This document shows positions 9,967 to 22,630 of a stretch of DNA of 64,000 bases, piece by piece. The notes beneath the pieces were generated by a model. The model did no database searches. It saw only the letters and a list, made by a program, of their open reading frames with translations, and was not told the origin of the DNA. The DNA comes from Candidatus Butyricicoccus avicola (GTDB lineage Bacteria > Bacillota > Clostridia > Oscillospirales > Butyricicoccaceae): NCBI GenBank assembly GCA_019119435.1, contig DWWZ01000154.1:4987-68986 (forward strand). Direction: 5' to 3'. Numbering within the stretch: position 1 is the first letter of the stretch; each line of letters starts with the position of its first letter. The translations under genes and the position numbers were made by a program.

Positions 9967-11394
9967 TCATTCGCTTTGTCCAAACAGGCAGCGCAGGGAG
10001 GTTTTTTCAATTGTGACAAAGGCAAACTCGCCGATGCGCAGGTTCTCCCCAGCGCAGCAGACCAGCAGCCCGCCTTCCGTGCGCGCGGTCAAGGGGTATT
10101 CTGTCCCCTTGCTCGTGCCGTCCACCAAAACGCGCAGCCGGCGGCCTTGATAGGCGTCCTGCCGGGCCTGGACGGTCTCGTCCTGGGTCTTGAGCAGGCG
10201 CTCAAAGCGGGCCTGTTTGACCGTGTGCGGCGTGTCGTCCGGCATCTGCGCGGCCGGCGTACCGCTGCGCTTGGAATATAAAAAGGTATACAGCATGTCA
10301 AAGCCGACCTCCGCGACCAGCTGCCGCGTCTGCTCAAAGTCTTCCTCGGTCTCGCCGGGGAACCCGACAATGATATCGCTTGACAGCGTCATATCCGGCA
10401 TCCTGCTGCGCGCATAGGCGATCAGATCCCGATAGTGCGCGGCCGTGTAGCCGCGGTTCATGCGCTTTAGAATGCGGTCGCTGCCCGACTGAAAGGGCAG
10501 ATGCAGCTGCTTTGCGACCTTGTCGCAGGCCGCCATGGTGTCAAACAACTTGTGCGAGGCGTCTTTCGGATGGCTGGTCATAAACCGCAGGAGGAAGTCC
10601 CCAGGTACAGCGTTGAGACGCACGAGCAGGTCAGAAAAATCGATGGGATTGTCCAAGTCCTTACCGTAGGAGTTGACGTTCTGTCCCAAAAGCGTGATAT
10701 CCTTATAGCCTTCGGACACAAGCTGTTCGAGCTCACGCACAATCTCTTCGGGCGTGCGGCTGCGCTCCCGGCCGCGAACATAGGGGACGATGCAGTAGGT
10801 GCAAAAATTATTGCAGCCATACATGATCGACAGCCACGCCTTGACCCCGCCGTCCCGCAGGACAGGCAGTCCCTCGGCGATATAACCGGCTGCGTCGCCG
10901 CTCGTGTCAAAAATGCGCTTGTCCCCGGTCAGCCGGCGGTAGAGCAGTTCCGGAAAGCGCCAGAGCGCATGGGTGCCAAACACCAGGTCAACCTGTGGAT
11001 AGCTCTTCTTGATTTTCTCCGGCATGTGCTCTTGCTGTACCATGCAGCCGCATAGGCAGATCGTGACATCCGGGCGCGCCTTCTTTAGGTGGGACAGCGC
11101 CCCGACATTGCCGAGCGCCCGGCTCTCGGCATGTTCCCGGACCGCGCAGGTATTGATAACAATGACATCCGCGTCCTCGGTCCGGTCGGTCTTTTCATAG
11201 CCCATCTCATCCAGCATACCCGCAATCCGCTGGGTATCGGCCTCATTCTGCTGGCATCCAAATGTCTGCGTGAAGGCGCGCAGCTTGCGGCCGCGCACCT
11301 GGGCTTTCTCTTCGTTCATCCGGGCGATGAACTGCATATATTCATACTGATGTGCAATCTGTTCTTGCGAAACGACTGTCTTATTGTTTGCCAT
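9967..11394 (-). CDS. miaB: tRNA methylthiotransferase MiaB
   Basis: TFGCQQN, NTCAVRE, GCNNFCTYC radical SAM motif, C-terminal TRAM domain. Confidence 0.95.
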   Translation of the reverse strand: MANNKTVVSQEQIAHQYEYMQFIARMNEEKAQVRGRKLRAFTQTFGCQQNEADTQRIAGMLDEMGYEKTDRTEDADVIVINTCAVREHAESRALGNVGALSHLKKARPDVTICLCGCMVQQEHMPEKIKKSYPQVDLVFGTHALWRFPELLYRRLTGDKRIFDTSGDAAGYIAEGLPVLRDGGVKAWLSIMYGCNNFCTYCIVPYVRGRERSRTPEEIVRELEQLVSEGYKDITLLGQNVNSYGKDLDNPIDFSDLLVRLNAVPGDFLLRFMTSHPKDASHKLFDTMAACDKVAKQLHLPFQSGSDRILKRMNRGYTAAHYRDLIAYARSRMPDMTLSSDIIVGFPGETEEDFEQTRQLVAEVGFDMLYTFLYSKRSGTPAAQMPDDTPHTVKQARFERLLKTQDETVQARQDAYQGRRLRVLVDGTSKGTEYPLTARTEGGLLVCCAGENLRIGEFAFVTIEKTSLRCLFGQSE

Positions 11395-11415
11395 GTAACG
11401 TCCTTTCCGGAAAAC

Positions 11416-12084
11416 TTATCGGAATGCCTGCATGCGGTCGTTATACACGCACAGGCGATGATATGCGGCGCCCGCGATCTCATATTGCGGCAAATATTGG
11501 GCAATTGCACGGGTTAGGTATTCCGGGCTCATATTGTTGTTGCCCGCGGCTGTCACCGCCTCGGCCACAGCCTGTCCGTCCTGTTCGGCCAGCGAAAAAC
11601 CATGCATCAGCTCCCGCATGTTGACCGTCTTCTCCCCACGCTTGGACCGCTTGACGATCTCGACGGTGTCGCGCGCAAACAAAGCCTGCACGTCCTGCAC
11701 AAAGCCCGCAGGGATGCCGTCCGCAAAGGACCAGGTAATACGGTACTTGGACCAGGCGATATCCCGCAGCGGCATACCGCCGTCAGTGAGCGGATAGATC
11801 TCGATGGCGCGCAGTCCCTCCGGGAATACATCGTTGAGCGCCTCAACGGCATTGACCGGAACGGCTTCTGAGAGCAGATTAAAGTCCAAAAACTCATACT
11901 CGCCCGAATAACCCGTCGACAGCGGCAGCGCAACCGAAACATAAGCATGCTGGTTAAAGCCCTCGGTAAACCAGAGCGGCATTTGACAGCGCGCCATAGC
12001 GCGCTGCATTGTGTGCATAAGGTCTAGGTGCGAGATATATTTTGCGCGGCCTTCCTTGGCAAAGCGCATCCGAGCTTTAAACAC
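11416..12084 (-). CDS. Radical SAM-associated protein (TIGR03936/DUF2344-like)
   Basis: RFAKEGRAKYISHLD...FTEGFN motif; overlaps upstream radical SAM gene. Confidence 0.88.
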   Translation of the reverse strand: MFKARMRFAKEGRAKYISHLDLMHTMQRAMARCQMPLWFTEGFNQHAYVSVALPLSTGYSGEYEFLDFNLLSEAVPVNAVEALNDVFPEGLRAIEIYPLTDGGMPLRDIAWSKYRITWSFADGIPAGFVQDVQALFARDTVEIVKRSKRGEKTVNMRELMHGFSLAEQDGQAVAEAVTAAGNNNMSPEYLTRAIAQYLPQYEIAGAAYHRLCVYNDRMQAFR

Positions 12085-13915
12085 AGCACTTCCCTCCTTC
12101 CAACAGGCGATTTGCGCCGCAGCCTGCGCACTGCTGCATGCAGTCGGGCGTCACAACAGCTTCGCGTGAGCGCTCCCATTCACGCTTGAGGTGGTTTTTG
12201 AGCGTACCGCAGCCGATATGGTCCCACGGAAAGACTTCATCGAGCGGGCGCTGGCGATAGGCATAGAACTTGGGGGCGAGCCCGCACGAGGCGAAAGCGT
12301 CCATCCACTTTTCGTATGAGAAGCACTGATCCCAGCCGTCAAACTTGCATCCATTCTTCCAGGCGGCATAGATCGCCGCACCCTGGCGGCGGTCTCCGCG
12401 CGCAATGACGCCCTCCATCACAGAGGTCTCGGCGTCATGCCAATTGTACGTGACGTTCTTGGTGCGCATGATCTTTTTCATGTAATCCTGCTTGCCGCGG
12501 AATTCTTCCAGCGAGTTCTGGGCATCCCACTGAAACGGTGTCTGCGGCTTGGGCACGAAGCACGAGGCCGACGCCGTAATCTTGACACCGCGCTGGCGGT
12601 TGTCCGTGTTCATACGCCAGCAATAGGCGACCTTTTTACAGATCTCAGCAATGCCGTCGAGATCTTCCGAAGTCTCAGTCGGCAGGCCAATCATAAAATA
12701 GAGCTTGACGTTATTCCAGCCGCCCTGGAACGCGATCTCGCAGGCGTGCAGTACGTCGTCCTCGGTGATATTCTTATTGATAACGTCGCGCAGGCGCTGG
12801 GTCCCCGCCTCGCAGGCAAAGGTCAGGCCGCTCTTACGTACTTTCTGTACGCGCTGCATGAGCTCCGAACTAAAGCTGTCCGCACGCAGGGAGGGCAGAG
12901 ACAGGCTGATATGCCGCGGCTCGCAGTAATCCAGCATGCACTCGGTCAGTTCGCTCAGCTCGCCATAGTCGCTTGTGGACAGCGAGGAGAGCGAGATCTC
13001 CTCATAACCCGAGTTTTTGAGCACGGCTTCGGCCTGCCGCATCAGAGTCTCCTTGGACTTGCGGCGCAGCGGGCGGTAGGTATGGCCGGCCTGGCAGAAA
13101 CGACAGCCGCGCGGGCAGCCACGGAATAGCTCGATCATGGCGCGGTCAAAAACGATATCGGTCGAGGGAACGACGAAGGACTCTGGATAATACATGGCAT
13201 CCAAGTCCAGTACGATGCGCTTCTGCACAAAAGCCGGGGCGCCCTTTTGCGGCGTGACCGCCGCAATGGTGCCGTCTTCGTGATAGCTGACCTCATAAAG
13301 CGCGGGCACATACATGCCGGGGATCTTCGCCGCCTCGGCAAGGAAGTCCTCCTTGGACAGGCCGCGCTGTACCGCGCTCTGATACAGCCGGGTCAGATCC
13401 AGCATGATTTCCTCGCCGTCACCGATCATAAACAGGTCAATAAAGTCGCATAGCGGCTCGGGATTATAGGCACACGGGCCGCCAGCCACGACGAGGTTTT
13501 TAAGGCCCTTGCGGTCCTTTGCCAGGACGGGTACGCCGCCAAGATCCAACATATTGAGGATATTGGTAAAGGACAGTTCGTATTGCAGGGTAAAGCCGAT
13601 GATGTCGAAATCTGAAAGCGGGTCGCCGCTCTCCAGGCCATAGAGTGGGATACCGGCCCGGCGCATCTCGTCCTCCATATCGATCCACGGGGCAAAAACG
13701 CGCTCACACCAGATGTTTTCCTGGTCATTCAGCAGGCCATACAGGATGCGCGAGCCGAGATGCGACATTCCGACCTCATAGACATCGGGAAAGCAAAAGG
13801 CAAAGCGCAGATCAATGTTGTTTTTATCTTTGGTCACAGATCCCCACTCGCCGCCGACATAGCGCGCCGGCTTTTGCACGCGGGGCAGAATCTGTTCCAG
13901 AGCAGTGTGCAGCAT
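12077..13915 (-). CDS. B12-binding radical SAM protein (TIGR03960-like)
   Basis: VQKPARYVGGE, FPDVYEVGMSHLG, RGCPRGCRFC. Confidence 0.9.
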   Translation of the reverse strand: MLHTALEQILPRVQKPARYVGGEWGSVTKDKNNIDLRFAFCFPDVYEVGMSHLGSRILYGLLNDQENIWCERVFAPWIDMEDEMRRAGIPLYGLESGDPLSDFDIIGFTLQYELSFTNILNMLDLGGVPVLAKDRKGLKNLVVAGGPCAYNPEPLCDFIDLFMIGDGEEIMLDLTRLYQSAVQRGLSKEDFLAEAAKIPGMYVPALYEVSYHEDGTIAAVTPQKGAPAFVQKRIVLDLDAMYYPESFVVPSTDIVFDRAMIELFRGCPRGCRFCQAGHTYRPLRRKSKETLMRQAEAVLKNSGYEEISLSSLSTSDYGELSELTECMLDYCEPRHISLSLPSLRADSFSSELMQRVQKVRKSGLTFACEAGTQRLRDVINKNITEDDVLHACEIAFQGGWNNVKLYFMIGLPTETSEDLDGIAEICKKVAYCWRMNTDNRQRGVKITASASCFVPKPQTPFQWDAQNSLEEFRGKQDYMKKIMRTKNVTYNWHDAETSVMEGVIARGDRRQGAAIYAAWKNGCKFDGWDQCFSYEKWMDAFASCGLAPKFYAYRQRPLDEVFPWDHIGCGTLKNHLKREWERSREAVVTPDCMQQCAGCGANRLLEGGKCCV

Positions 13916-14106
13916 GACAATCCTCCATTTCGTATACGGAATTTATTATATTACGAATCGGTTCCGAGTGCAATTCAAATCGAGAAAAAACGGGTTTTCA
14001 AAATCAAGATTGTCATTTTAAGCCAAATCTGGCGCCAATCATCCGCCCATTTTTTCAGCAGGCGCACAGAACCCGACGGGCTTATGGAACGGCAAGAGGG
14101 AGACGC

Positions 14107-14484
14107 CTACGCATCTCCCCCGGTTTCTTCCTGTACATGTTCCATCCCCTGCTGCAAGATGGCCCCAATATGGCCGTCGCACAGGGTGTAATAGACCGTC
14201 TTTCCCTCCTTGCGCCCCACAACCAGCCGCACCTGCTTGAGGAAGCGGAGCTGATGAGAAATTGCAGACTGGGTCATCCCCAATAGGTCCGCAATGTCAC
14301 AGACGCACAGTTCATGGATGGCCAGCGCAGATAAGATGCGCAGGCGCGTTTTATCCGAAAATGCCTTAAAAAAGTCTGACGCCCGCAGCGTAGTCTGCTC
14401 GTCCGGCATCCGGCATTTGACCTGCTTTACCGCCTCGCAGTGGACGCAGTCCTCTTCGCAGCGTAACAGATTGTCCTTGTCCAT
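14107..14484 (-). CDS. ArsR/SmtB family metal-sensing repressor (CadC/ZiaR-like)
   Basis: FKAFSDKTRLRIL, ELCVCDIA, SAISHQLR, C-terminal DGH...HVQE; start at MDKDN after GAGGTG. Confidence 0.9.
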   Translation of the reverse strand: MDKDNLLRCEEDCVHCEAVKQVKCRMPDEQTTLRASDFFKAFSDKTRLRILSALAIHELCVCDIADLLGMTQSAISHQLRFLKQVRLVVGRKEGKTVYYTLCDGHIGAILQQGMEHVQEETGGDA

Positions 14485-14717
14485 GCGTTTCACCTCATAC
14501 TGTGTGTGAAATGCCCTACAAAGGGCGATATCTCTATTATACACGATTTATGCTGCTTTTCCAGATATTTTTCCAGGCAATGTCGTGTAAAGGTGAATGC
14601 CCTTCCACATTTAGTGTGTTTTTTTTGGGGATTTGTTTTTAGATATCCCACGTTTTGTATAATTAACTATGAGATTTTTTTGCGGCGCAGAAGAAATACT
14701 GCGCCGCAGGCAATATT

Positions 14718-15629
14718 TTATTTTGATTTCATTCCTTCGGCCGCATCGTTTGTAAGGACCTCCTTCAGGCCCGCGGCCAGACCTGCCAATCCCTGGATCT
14801 CCGACGGGATGATGATCTTGGTCGCCTTGCCGTCCGCTGCCTTGGCAAATGCCTCCAGCGCCTTGAGCCGGATGATCGGGTCGGTCGGTGCGGCCTGATT
14901 GAGCATCTGGATGGAGTCCGCCAGCGCTTTCTGCACCGTCAGGAGCGCTTCGGCCTCGCCCTCCGCCTCCTTGATCTTGGCCAGGCGGGTTGCCTCCGCA
15001 CGCAGTACCATGGACTCCTTCTCGCCCTCCGCGACCAGGATCTTGGACTGCTTTTCGCCTTCTGCGGTCAGGATGGCCTCGCGGCGGTCGCGCTCGGCTT
15101 TCATCTGCTTTTCCATGGATTCCCGGATCGCAGTCGGCGGAATGATATTTTTCAGCTCCACACGGCCGACTTTAATGCCCCATGGATCGGTGGCTTCATC
15201 CAAGATGGAGCGCATTTTGGTATTGATGATGTCGCGGCTGGTCAGCGTTTGGTCCAGTTCCAAGTCGCCAATGATGTTGCGCAGCGTGGTCGCCGTCAGA
15301 TTCTCAATGGCCGCCATAGGATTTTCGATGCCGTAAGTATAGAGCTTCGGATCGGTGATCTGGAAATACACAACCGTATCAATCTGCATTGTAACGTTGT
15401 CTTTGGTGATAACCGGCTGCGGTTCAAAATCCACCACCTGCTCCTTGAGCGTGACCTTGCGGACAATACGTTCAAACAGCGGGATCTTGACATGCAGACC
15501 GGTGTTCCACGTCCCCTGATACGTGCCAAGCCGTTCTACGATATAGGCATGTGCCTGTGGGACGATGACAATATTTTTGGCCACAATGATCAGCACAATC
15601 AGGGCCAGGATAATCCAGAAAATAATCAT
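14718..15629 (-). CDS. SPFH/band 7 domain protein
   Basis: VERLG, VITKDNV, TTLRNIIG, SRDIIN, WGIKVGRVE, MEKQMKAER. Confidence 0.93.
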   Translation of the reverse strand: MIIFWIILALIVLIIVAKNIVIVPQAHAYIVERLGTYQGTWNTGLHVKIPLFERIVRKVTLKEQVVDFEPQPVITKDNVTMQIDTVVYFQITDPKLYTYGIENPMAAIENLTATTLRNIIGDLELDQTLTSRDIINTKMRSILDEATDPWGIKVGRVELKNIIPPTAIRESMEKQMKAERDRREAILTAEGEKQSKILVAEGEKESMVLRAEATRLAKIKEAEGEAEALLTVQKALADSIQMLNQAAPTDPIIRLKALEAFAKAADGKATKIIIPSEIQGLAGLAAGLKEVLTNDAAEGMKSK

Positions 15630-15645
15630 AAGCTGCCTCCTCGTT

Positions 15646-16107
15646 TCATACCTGCTTCATCTGCGTAATCGGCTCGACAATGGCTTTTACGCCGACGATC
15701 TCGCGCACCCGGACTGTCTCGCCCGCGGCAATCGGCACGCCGTCGGCCGAACGCGCCGTCCAGTACTGCCCCATCACCTTGATCTCGCCTGTGGCCTGCG
15801 TATTGTCGATCGCCCGTGTGACAATCGCCTGCTCCCCCAGAATGCGGTCCGCGTTGGTCGCTGCCCCCTTGGGTTTGAGCACCCGCCGTGCAAACGGACG
15901 CACCAACAGCAGGAAAATGGTGGAGACGATCAGGAACACGATCCACTGCGTCGGGATGGACATCCCCAGCGAGGCCGCCACCAGGCCGCCTAGGCCGCCG
16001 ATTGCAAACCAGACGGCGTTTAAGTTGAGGGAAACGGCCTCGATCACAAGCGCCGCCACAATCACAAGAATCCAGCAGGCGCTGTCTGACAGCCAGATCG
16101 TTGACAT
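15646..16107 (-). CDS. NfeD family protein
   Basis: Hydrophobic N-terminus plus OB fold (GEIKVMGQYWTARS); usual partner of SPFH. Confidence 0.9.
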   Translation of the reverse strand: MSTIWLSDSACWILVIVAALVIEAVSLNLNAVWFAIGGLGGLVAASLGMSIPTQWIVFLIVSTIFLLLVRPFARRVLKPKGAATNADRILGEQAIVTRAIDNTQATGEIKVMGQYWTARSADGVPIAAGETVRVREIVGVKAIVEPITQMKQV

Positions 16108-16277
16108 GGCATAAGCCCTCCTTTCCCTATCTGCCGGGCATTTTGATATCCTGTATTATCTTACCCGCCCGGCTATCGTTATTATACTGTATGTCTTCTA
16201 AAAAGTCTATCGCCCTGGACGATTGCTACCAAATTGTCATCCTTTCCGCCCCTACTTACCCATGCCGTCCCATCCCG

Positions 16278-16322
16278 AAAAAGAAGAGGCAATGCCCGTC
16301 CGCAGACAAGCATTGCCTTTTC
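16278..16322 (-). terminator. Rho-independent terminator of groESL
   Basis: AGGCAATGC/GCATTGCCT stem followed by a U-rich tract on the minus strand. Confidence 0.75.
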
Positions 16323-16355
16323 TCAATTACATCTCTAGCTGTGATTGGCCTGTTA

Positions 16356-18008
<1,653 letters not shown>

Positions 18009-18028
18009 TTAAGGGATATTCTGATGGA

Positions 18029-18316
<288 letters not shown>

Positions 18317-18350
18317 CTATTCCTCCTAAAAGATTAGAATACAAGATCAC

Positions 18351-18377
18351 TTAGCACTCAAAGTACCTGAGTGCTAA
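18351..18377. promoter_or_regulatory. CIRCE element (HrcA operator)
   Basis: Perfect TTAGCACTC-N9-GAGTGCTAA upstream of groES; TTGCGT-17-TATTAT promoter just upstream on minus strand. Confidence 0.97.
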
Positions 18378-18466
18378 TCCGGTTATTATAATACATCAAG
18401 TCCCCTGGAAACGCAAGTGCTTTTTTGAAGAAATTAACAAAAAATTTGTGAAAATTTTGTGAATGC

Positions 18467-19651
18467 TCAGCCGTGTTTCGGTTTTCTTTGGGTTGGCACT
18501 TTCCCATCTTCCCTGCCAAATAACTTTCGTGCCGCTGCCGGTTTGAAATACATGTACAGATCGCATTTGATCATCCCGTTATAGAGCTTGCGCCTCTTGT
18601 CCGCCCGGTATCCATAAAAACGCTCAAATTCTTCGTCCGAGGTGAGATAATACTGCCGTAGGCTGCTTTTGCCCAGCGTCCTGCCCATCGCGCGGTAGAG
18701 TGCCTGTGCACTCTCATGATCCAGCAGGCGCTCGCCGTAAGGCGGATTGGCAAAGAGAACACCGCTGTCCGGATAGTCCCGTGCCGCAGCGTCTGCCTGC
18801 TCAAACCGGATCCATCGTGCCACACCCGCCTTTTTGGCGTTTTCCTGCGCGAGCTGAACGCAAGCGGGATCGATATCGCTGCCATACAGCACGGGCGCGG
18901 CATCGGTGCGCACGGCCGCAATCGCCCGCTCGCGGGCTTGCTTCCATCGCTCGGCCGCAATCCATGTCCATTTTTCCGCGTCGTAGCTGCGCATGAGCCC
19001 GGGCGCGCGGCCCAAGGCAATCATCGCCGCCTCAATCGGGATGGTGCCCGACCCGCAGAAGGGATCGATGAGCGTATCCCGCCCGCGCCAGCGGGCTAAT
19101 TTGACCATAGCGGCTGCCAGCGTCTCACGCAGCGGCGCTGCATTGGCATTGGCCCGATAGCCACGCTTGTGCAGGCCCGCACCTGAGGTATCCAGGTAGA
19201 TCTCGGCGATATCGTGCATGATGGAAAACTGTACCTGATACCGCGCGCCGGTCTCCTCAAACCAGTTCACGCCGTAGCGTGCTGACAGCCGGGTGACAAT
19301 CGCTTTCTTGATAATCTTCTGGCATCCCGGTACGCTGTACAGTTTGGAGTTCAGCGCATGGCCCTTGACCGGGAACTGTCCATCTACCGGCAGGAGATCC
19401 TCCCACGCAATGGCTTTTACCCCTTCAAACAGCTGATCAAAGGTTTCTGCCCGAAAGGAAGCCAGGCGGATGAGCACCCGCTCGGCGCAGCGCAGATTCA
19501 TATTCGCCCAGATAAGCGTATCTTCATCCCCGGAAAAGAGCACCCGCCCATTTTCCGCACGCACATCTTCCAACTTCCCGCCAAACCGCAGTTCATCCGC
19601 CACGATCCCTTCCAGCCCAAATAGGGTTGGGCAGCAAAATTCTAACTTCAT
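18467..19651 (-). CDS. THUMP-domain rRNA methyltransferase (RlmL/YpsC-like)
   Basis: LHKRGYR, APLRETLAA, DPFCGSGT, NPPYGER. Confidence 0.9.
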   Translation of the reverse strand: MKLEFCCPTLFGLEGIVADELRFGGKLEDVRAENGRVLFSGDEDTLIWANMNLRCAERVLIRLASFRAETFDQLFEGVKAIAWEDLLPVDGQFPVKGHALNSKLYSVPGCQKIIKKAIVTRLSARYGVNWFEETGARYQVQFSIMHDIAEIYLDTSGAGLHKRGYRANANAAPLRETLAAAMVKLARWRGRDTLIDPFCGSGTIPIEAAMIALGRAPGLMRSYDAEKWTWIAAERWKQARERAIAAVRTDAAPVLYGSDIDPACVQLAQENAKKAGVARWIRFEQADAAARDYPDSGVLFANPPYGERLLDHESAQALYRAMGRTLGKSSLRQYYLTSDEEFERFYGYRADKRRKLYNGMIKCDLYMYFKPAAARKLFGREDGKVPTQRKPKHG

Positions 19652-19786
19652 CGTTCCACCTCATGTCGTAGTATCTTTATAATAGCCTTTATGGCCTCCA
19701 TATACCTGCAAAAGAAAGGCTCCTGTCGCCAGACAAGAGCCCATCGTCTTTTCTGTTCCCCATCATACCCTTTCCGCCCGAGAAAG

Positions 19787-21340
19787 TCAATAGAACAGCA
19801 TAAAATCATGCGCGGGACGCCCGCGGATGGACAGATACCGCTCTAGACGGATGTCGAACAGGCGCAGGAAGCATAGGTACAATATCACCGAACAGCCAGC
19901 GGCGCACACCAGCCCAAGCCATTGCCCGCCCAGCCAGCCGATAAAAAATGAGTAAAAGATCCGGGTCCACAGCCACACGGCAAACCCACATAGGAGCGGC
20001 GCGCCCAAAAAACGCTGCAGGCGGATGACCAGCGCCTGGCAGGCCACAAGCCGCGTGAGATTGCACAGGGAGACACACAGGGGCGCAATGCACTGTGCGG
20101 CCAGATAACCATATACCCGCAGGTGCGGCTGGCCCGCCAATACGTAGACAAGCGCCAGCTGCAGCGCCTCCCCGGACAGGGCCGAGGTCACAGAAAACTG
20201 CTGTTCGCCGATCCCGTTGAGCAGGCAGGCCGTGATCATCTGATAGTAGCATAGGACCGCCGAAAGCCCGATGAGCCAGAAATATGCCGTGGGCACCGCC
20301 CGATAGAAAAATAGGCGCGCAATCACCGGCGCCAGCGGCAGCAAGAGCGCGGTGGCCGGAATCCCGACAATCCCGGTTGCAAACAGGCTCTGGGAGGTAA
20401 AATGCTGCAGCTGCTTGCGGCTGCGGCGGGAGGCATACCGGCTGGCCTGCGGCATGGCGACCGTACAGAGCGAGGACAAGAGCGCAATGGGCAGCAACAT
20501 GATCGGGGACGCAATCCCTGAGACAATGCCCAGAGCCGAAATCGCCTCGGTCCGCGACAGGCCAGACGCCACCAGCCGAGCGGGCAACACGACCGAACCC
20601 GCCGAGGCAATGCCATTGGTCAAAAGGGCCGAAGCGGACACCGGCAGCACGATACGCCAAAAGGGGTCTTCCCCGGATGGCGGCGGGCAGACCGGCGGCA
20701 GCCGTAACCCGTGATACATCCGCACCATGATGAGCGCACTGATGCACTCGCTGATGGCCATACCGGTAAAGATCAGGACGGCAATCCGCCCGAGGTCCGC
20801 CGTCTGCTCAAAAGACAGGAGGGCAATGGTCGCCCCGATGCGCACGATCTGTTCGGTCAGCTCACTGACCGCAGCATTGTCCACCCGGTTAACACCGATC
20901 ATGGTGGACTTGAGCACATTTTCGATGCCGGTCAGCAGAATGCACACCAGCATCATCGGCATGGCGGCCACCGTGCGGTGGTCGCCCAGAAGGGACGTGC
21001 CAATCCAGTCTCGGAACAACAGCAGCACCGAGCTCGCGCACAGGAAGAAACACAGGAACGTCCGAAACGCCCGCCGGACGAGCCGGCCGATGGCGCCCGC
21101 CCGCCCCTGCGCACTCCACTGCGCAGACAGGCGCGTGCAGGCCATCGTGATCCCGGACAGGCTAGCGGCATGGATAACCGTATAGGCAGAAAAGGCCAGG
21201 CGATAAACGCCAAGGCCCTCTGCGCCCGCAAAACGGCTGAGGAAAATCCGGTATACAAAACCCAAAAGCTGCAGGCCGATATTGGAAACACAGAGCAGCA
21301 GCAGCCGTTCCATAAAACTATCGCACTTCCGCATGCACAC
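19787..21340 (-). CDS. SpoVB/MurJ-like MOP flippase
   Basis: LLGFVYRIFLSR..GAEGLG.Y N-terminus, many TM helices; near queA-tgt as spoVB is in Bacillus. Confidence 0.75.
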   Translation of the reverse strand: MCMRKCDSFMERLLLLCVSNIGLQLLGFVYRIFLSRFAGAEGLGVYRLAFSAYTVIHAASLSGITMACTRLSAQWSAQGRAGAIGRLVRRAFRTFLCFFLCASSVLLLFRDWIGTSLLGDHRTVAAMPMMLVCILLTGIENVLKSTMIGVNRVDNAAVSELTEQIVRIGATIALLSFEQTADLGRIAVLIFTGMAISECISALIMVRMYHGLRLPPVCPPPSGEDPFWRIVLPVSASALLTNGIASAGSVVLPARLVASGLSRTEAISALGIVSGIASPIMLLPIALLSSLCTVAMPQASRYASRRSRKQLQHFTSQSLFATGIVGIPATALLLPLAPVIARLFFYRAVPTAYFWLIGLSAVLCYYQMITACLLNGIGEQQFSVTSALSGEALQLALVYVLAGQPHLRVYGYLAAQCIAPLCVSLCNLTRLVACQALVIRLQRFLGAPLLCGFAVWLWTRIFYSFFIGWLGGQWLGLVCAAGCSVILYLCFLRLFDIRLERYLSIRGRPAHDFMLFY

Positions 21341-21460
21341 GCCCCCTTCACTCTCCTTGCAAGTATACGGGGGCCGCAGACAAAAAAGACCGCACGGGGC
21401 TGATTTTGCACCGTGCGGCCGTTGTGCGGCGTATAAAAGCTTGCGCCAGCTATTTTGCTC

Positions 21461-22603
21461 TTAAATACGGCGGGCCAGCTTCTCGCTGTACTCCGCCCGG
21501 AACGCCTCAAATGTGCCGTTGTCCAGGGCCTCCCGGATCTTGACCATCAGATGGTTATAGAACCACAGGTTGTGCTGGACCAAGAGCCGCTGAGACAGCA
21601 TCTCGCCCGCCTTGAGCAGATGGCGCACATACGCGCGCGAGAAGCGGCGACAGGTCGGGCACTGGCAGCCCTCCTCGATCGGGCGGTCATCCGTCTGATA
21701 CTTGGCATTGTGGATGTTCATAATGCCGTTCCAGGTGAACAGGTGGCCGTGGCGGGCGTTGCGGGTGGGCATGACGCAGTCAAAAAAGTCAATGCCGCGC
21801 GCCGTACCCTCGATGATGTTGGATGGCGTGCCGACCCCCATGAGGTAGCGCGGCTTGTTCTCCGGCGCGTGCGGTAGGACGACGTCCAGGATATGGTACA
21901 TGGTCTCGGTGCTCTCCCCCACCGCCAGGCCGCCAATGGCATAGCCCGGCAGGTCGAGCTGTGCGATCTGCTCCATATGGGCGATGCGCAGCTCGTCGTA
22001 AGTGCCGCCCTGATTGATGCCAAACAGCATCTGATGGGGATTGACCGTGTCCGGCAGGCTGTTGAGGCGTGCAAGCTCGGTCTTACAGCGCATGAGCCAG
22101 CGCGTGGTTCTGTCGCAGGAATCCTTGACATAGGCATAAGGGGCAGGGTTCTCAATGCACTCGTCAAACGCCATAGCGATGTCCGAGCCCAGGTTAGACT
22201 GGATGCGCATGCTCTCCTCGGGGCCCATAAAGATCTTGCGGCCGTCCACATGCGAATTGAAGGTCACGCCCTCCTCGCGGATCTTGCGCAGGGAGGCAAG
22301 CGAGAAAACCTGGAAACCGCCCGAGTCGGTCAGCATGGGGCCATCCCAGCGCATGAACTTGTGCAGGCCGCCCATCTGCCGAACAATGGCGTCGCCCGGG
22401 CGGACGTGCAGATGATAGGTATTGGAAAGCTCGACTTGGCAGCCCAGCTCCTTCAGATCAAACGCATCGACCGCGCCCTTGATGGCGCCGGCTGTGCCGA
22501 CATTCATAAAAACCGGCGTCTGCACCAGACCGTGTGCGGTCATAAACTCACCGCGGCGTGCGCGGCCTTCGGTCTTTTTGATATGGAATGTTCCAATCTC
22601 CAT
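21461..22603 (-). CDS. tgt: tRNA-guanine transglycosylase
   Basis: TPVFMNVGT, TDSGGFQV, YLMGVG, FDCVMPTR, CQCPTC. Confidence 0.98.
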   Translation of the reverse strand: MEIGTFHIKKTEGRARRGEFMTAHGLVQTPVFMNVGTAGAIKGAVDAFDLKELGCQVELSNTYHLHVRPGDAIVRQMGGLHKFMRWDGPMLTDSGGFQVFSLASLRKIREEGVTFNSHVDGRKIFMGPEESMRIQSNLGSDIAMAFDECIENPAPYAYVKDSCDRTTRWLMRCKTELARLNSLPDTVNPHQMLFGINQGGTYDELRIAHMEQIAQLDLPGYAIGGLAVGESTETMYHILDVVLPHAPENKPRYLMGVGTPSNIIEGTARGIDFFDCVMPTRNARHGHLFTWNGIMNIHNAKYQTDDRPIEEGCQCPTCRRFSRAYVRHLLKAGEMLSQRLLVQHNLWFYNHLMVKIREALDNGTFEAFRAEYSEKLARRI

Positions 22604-22630
22604 GTTGTCACCTCTCGAATGTAAATCTTC

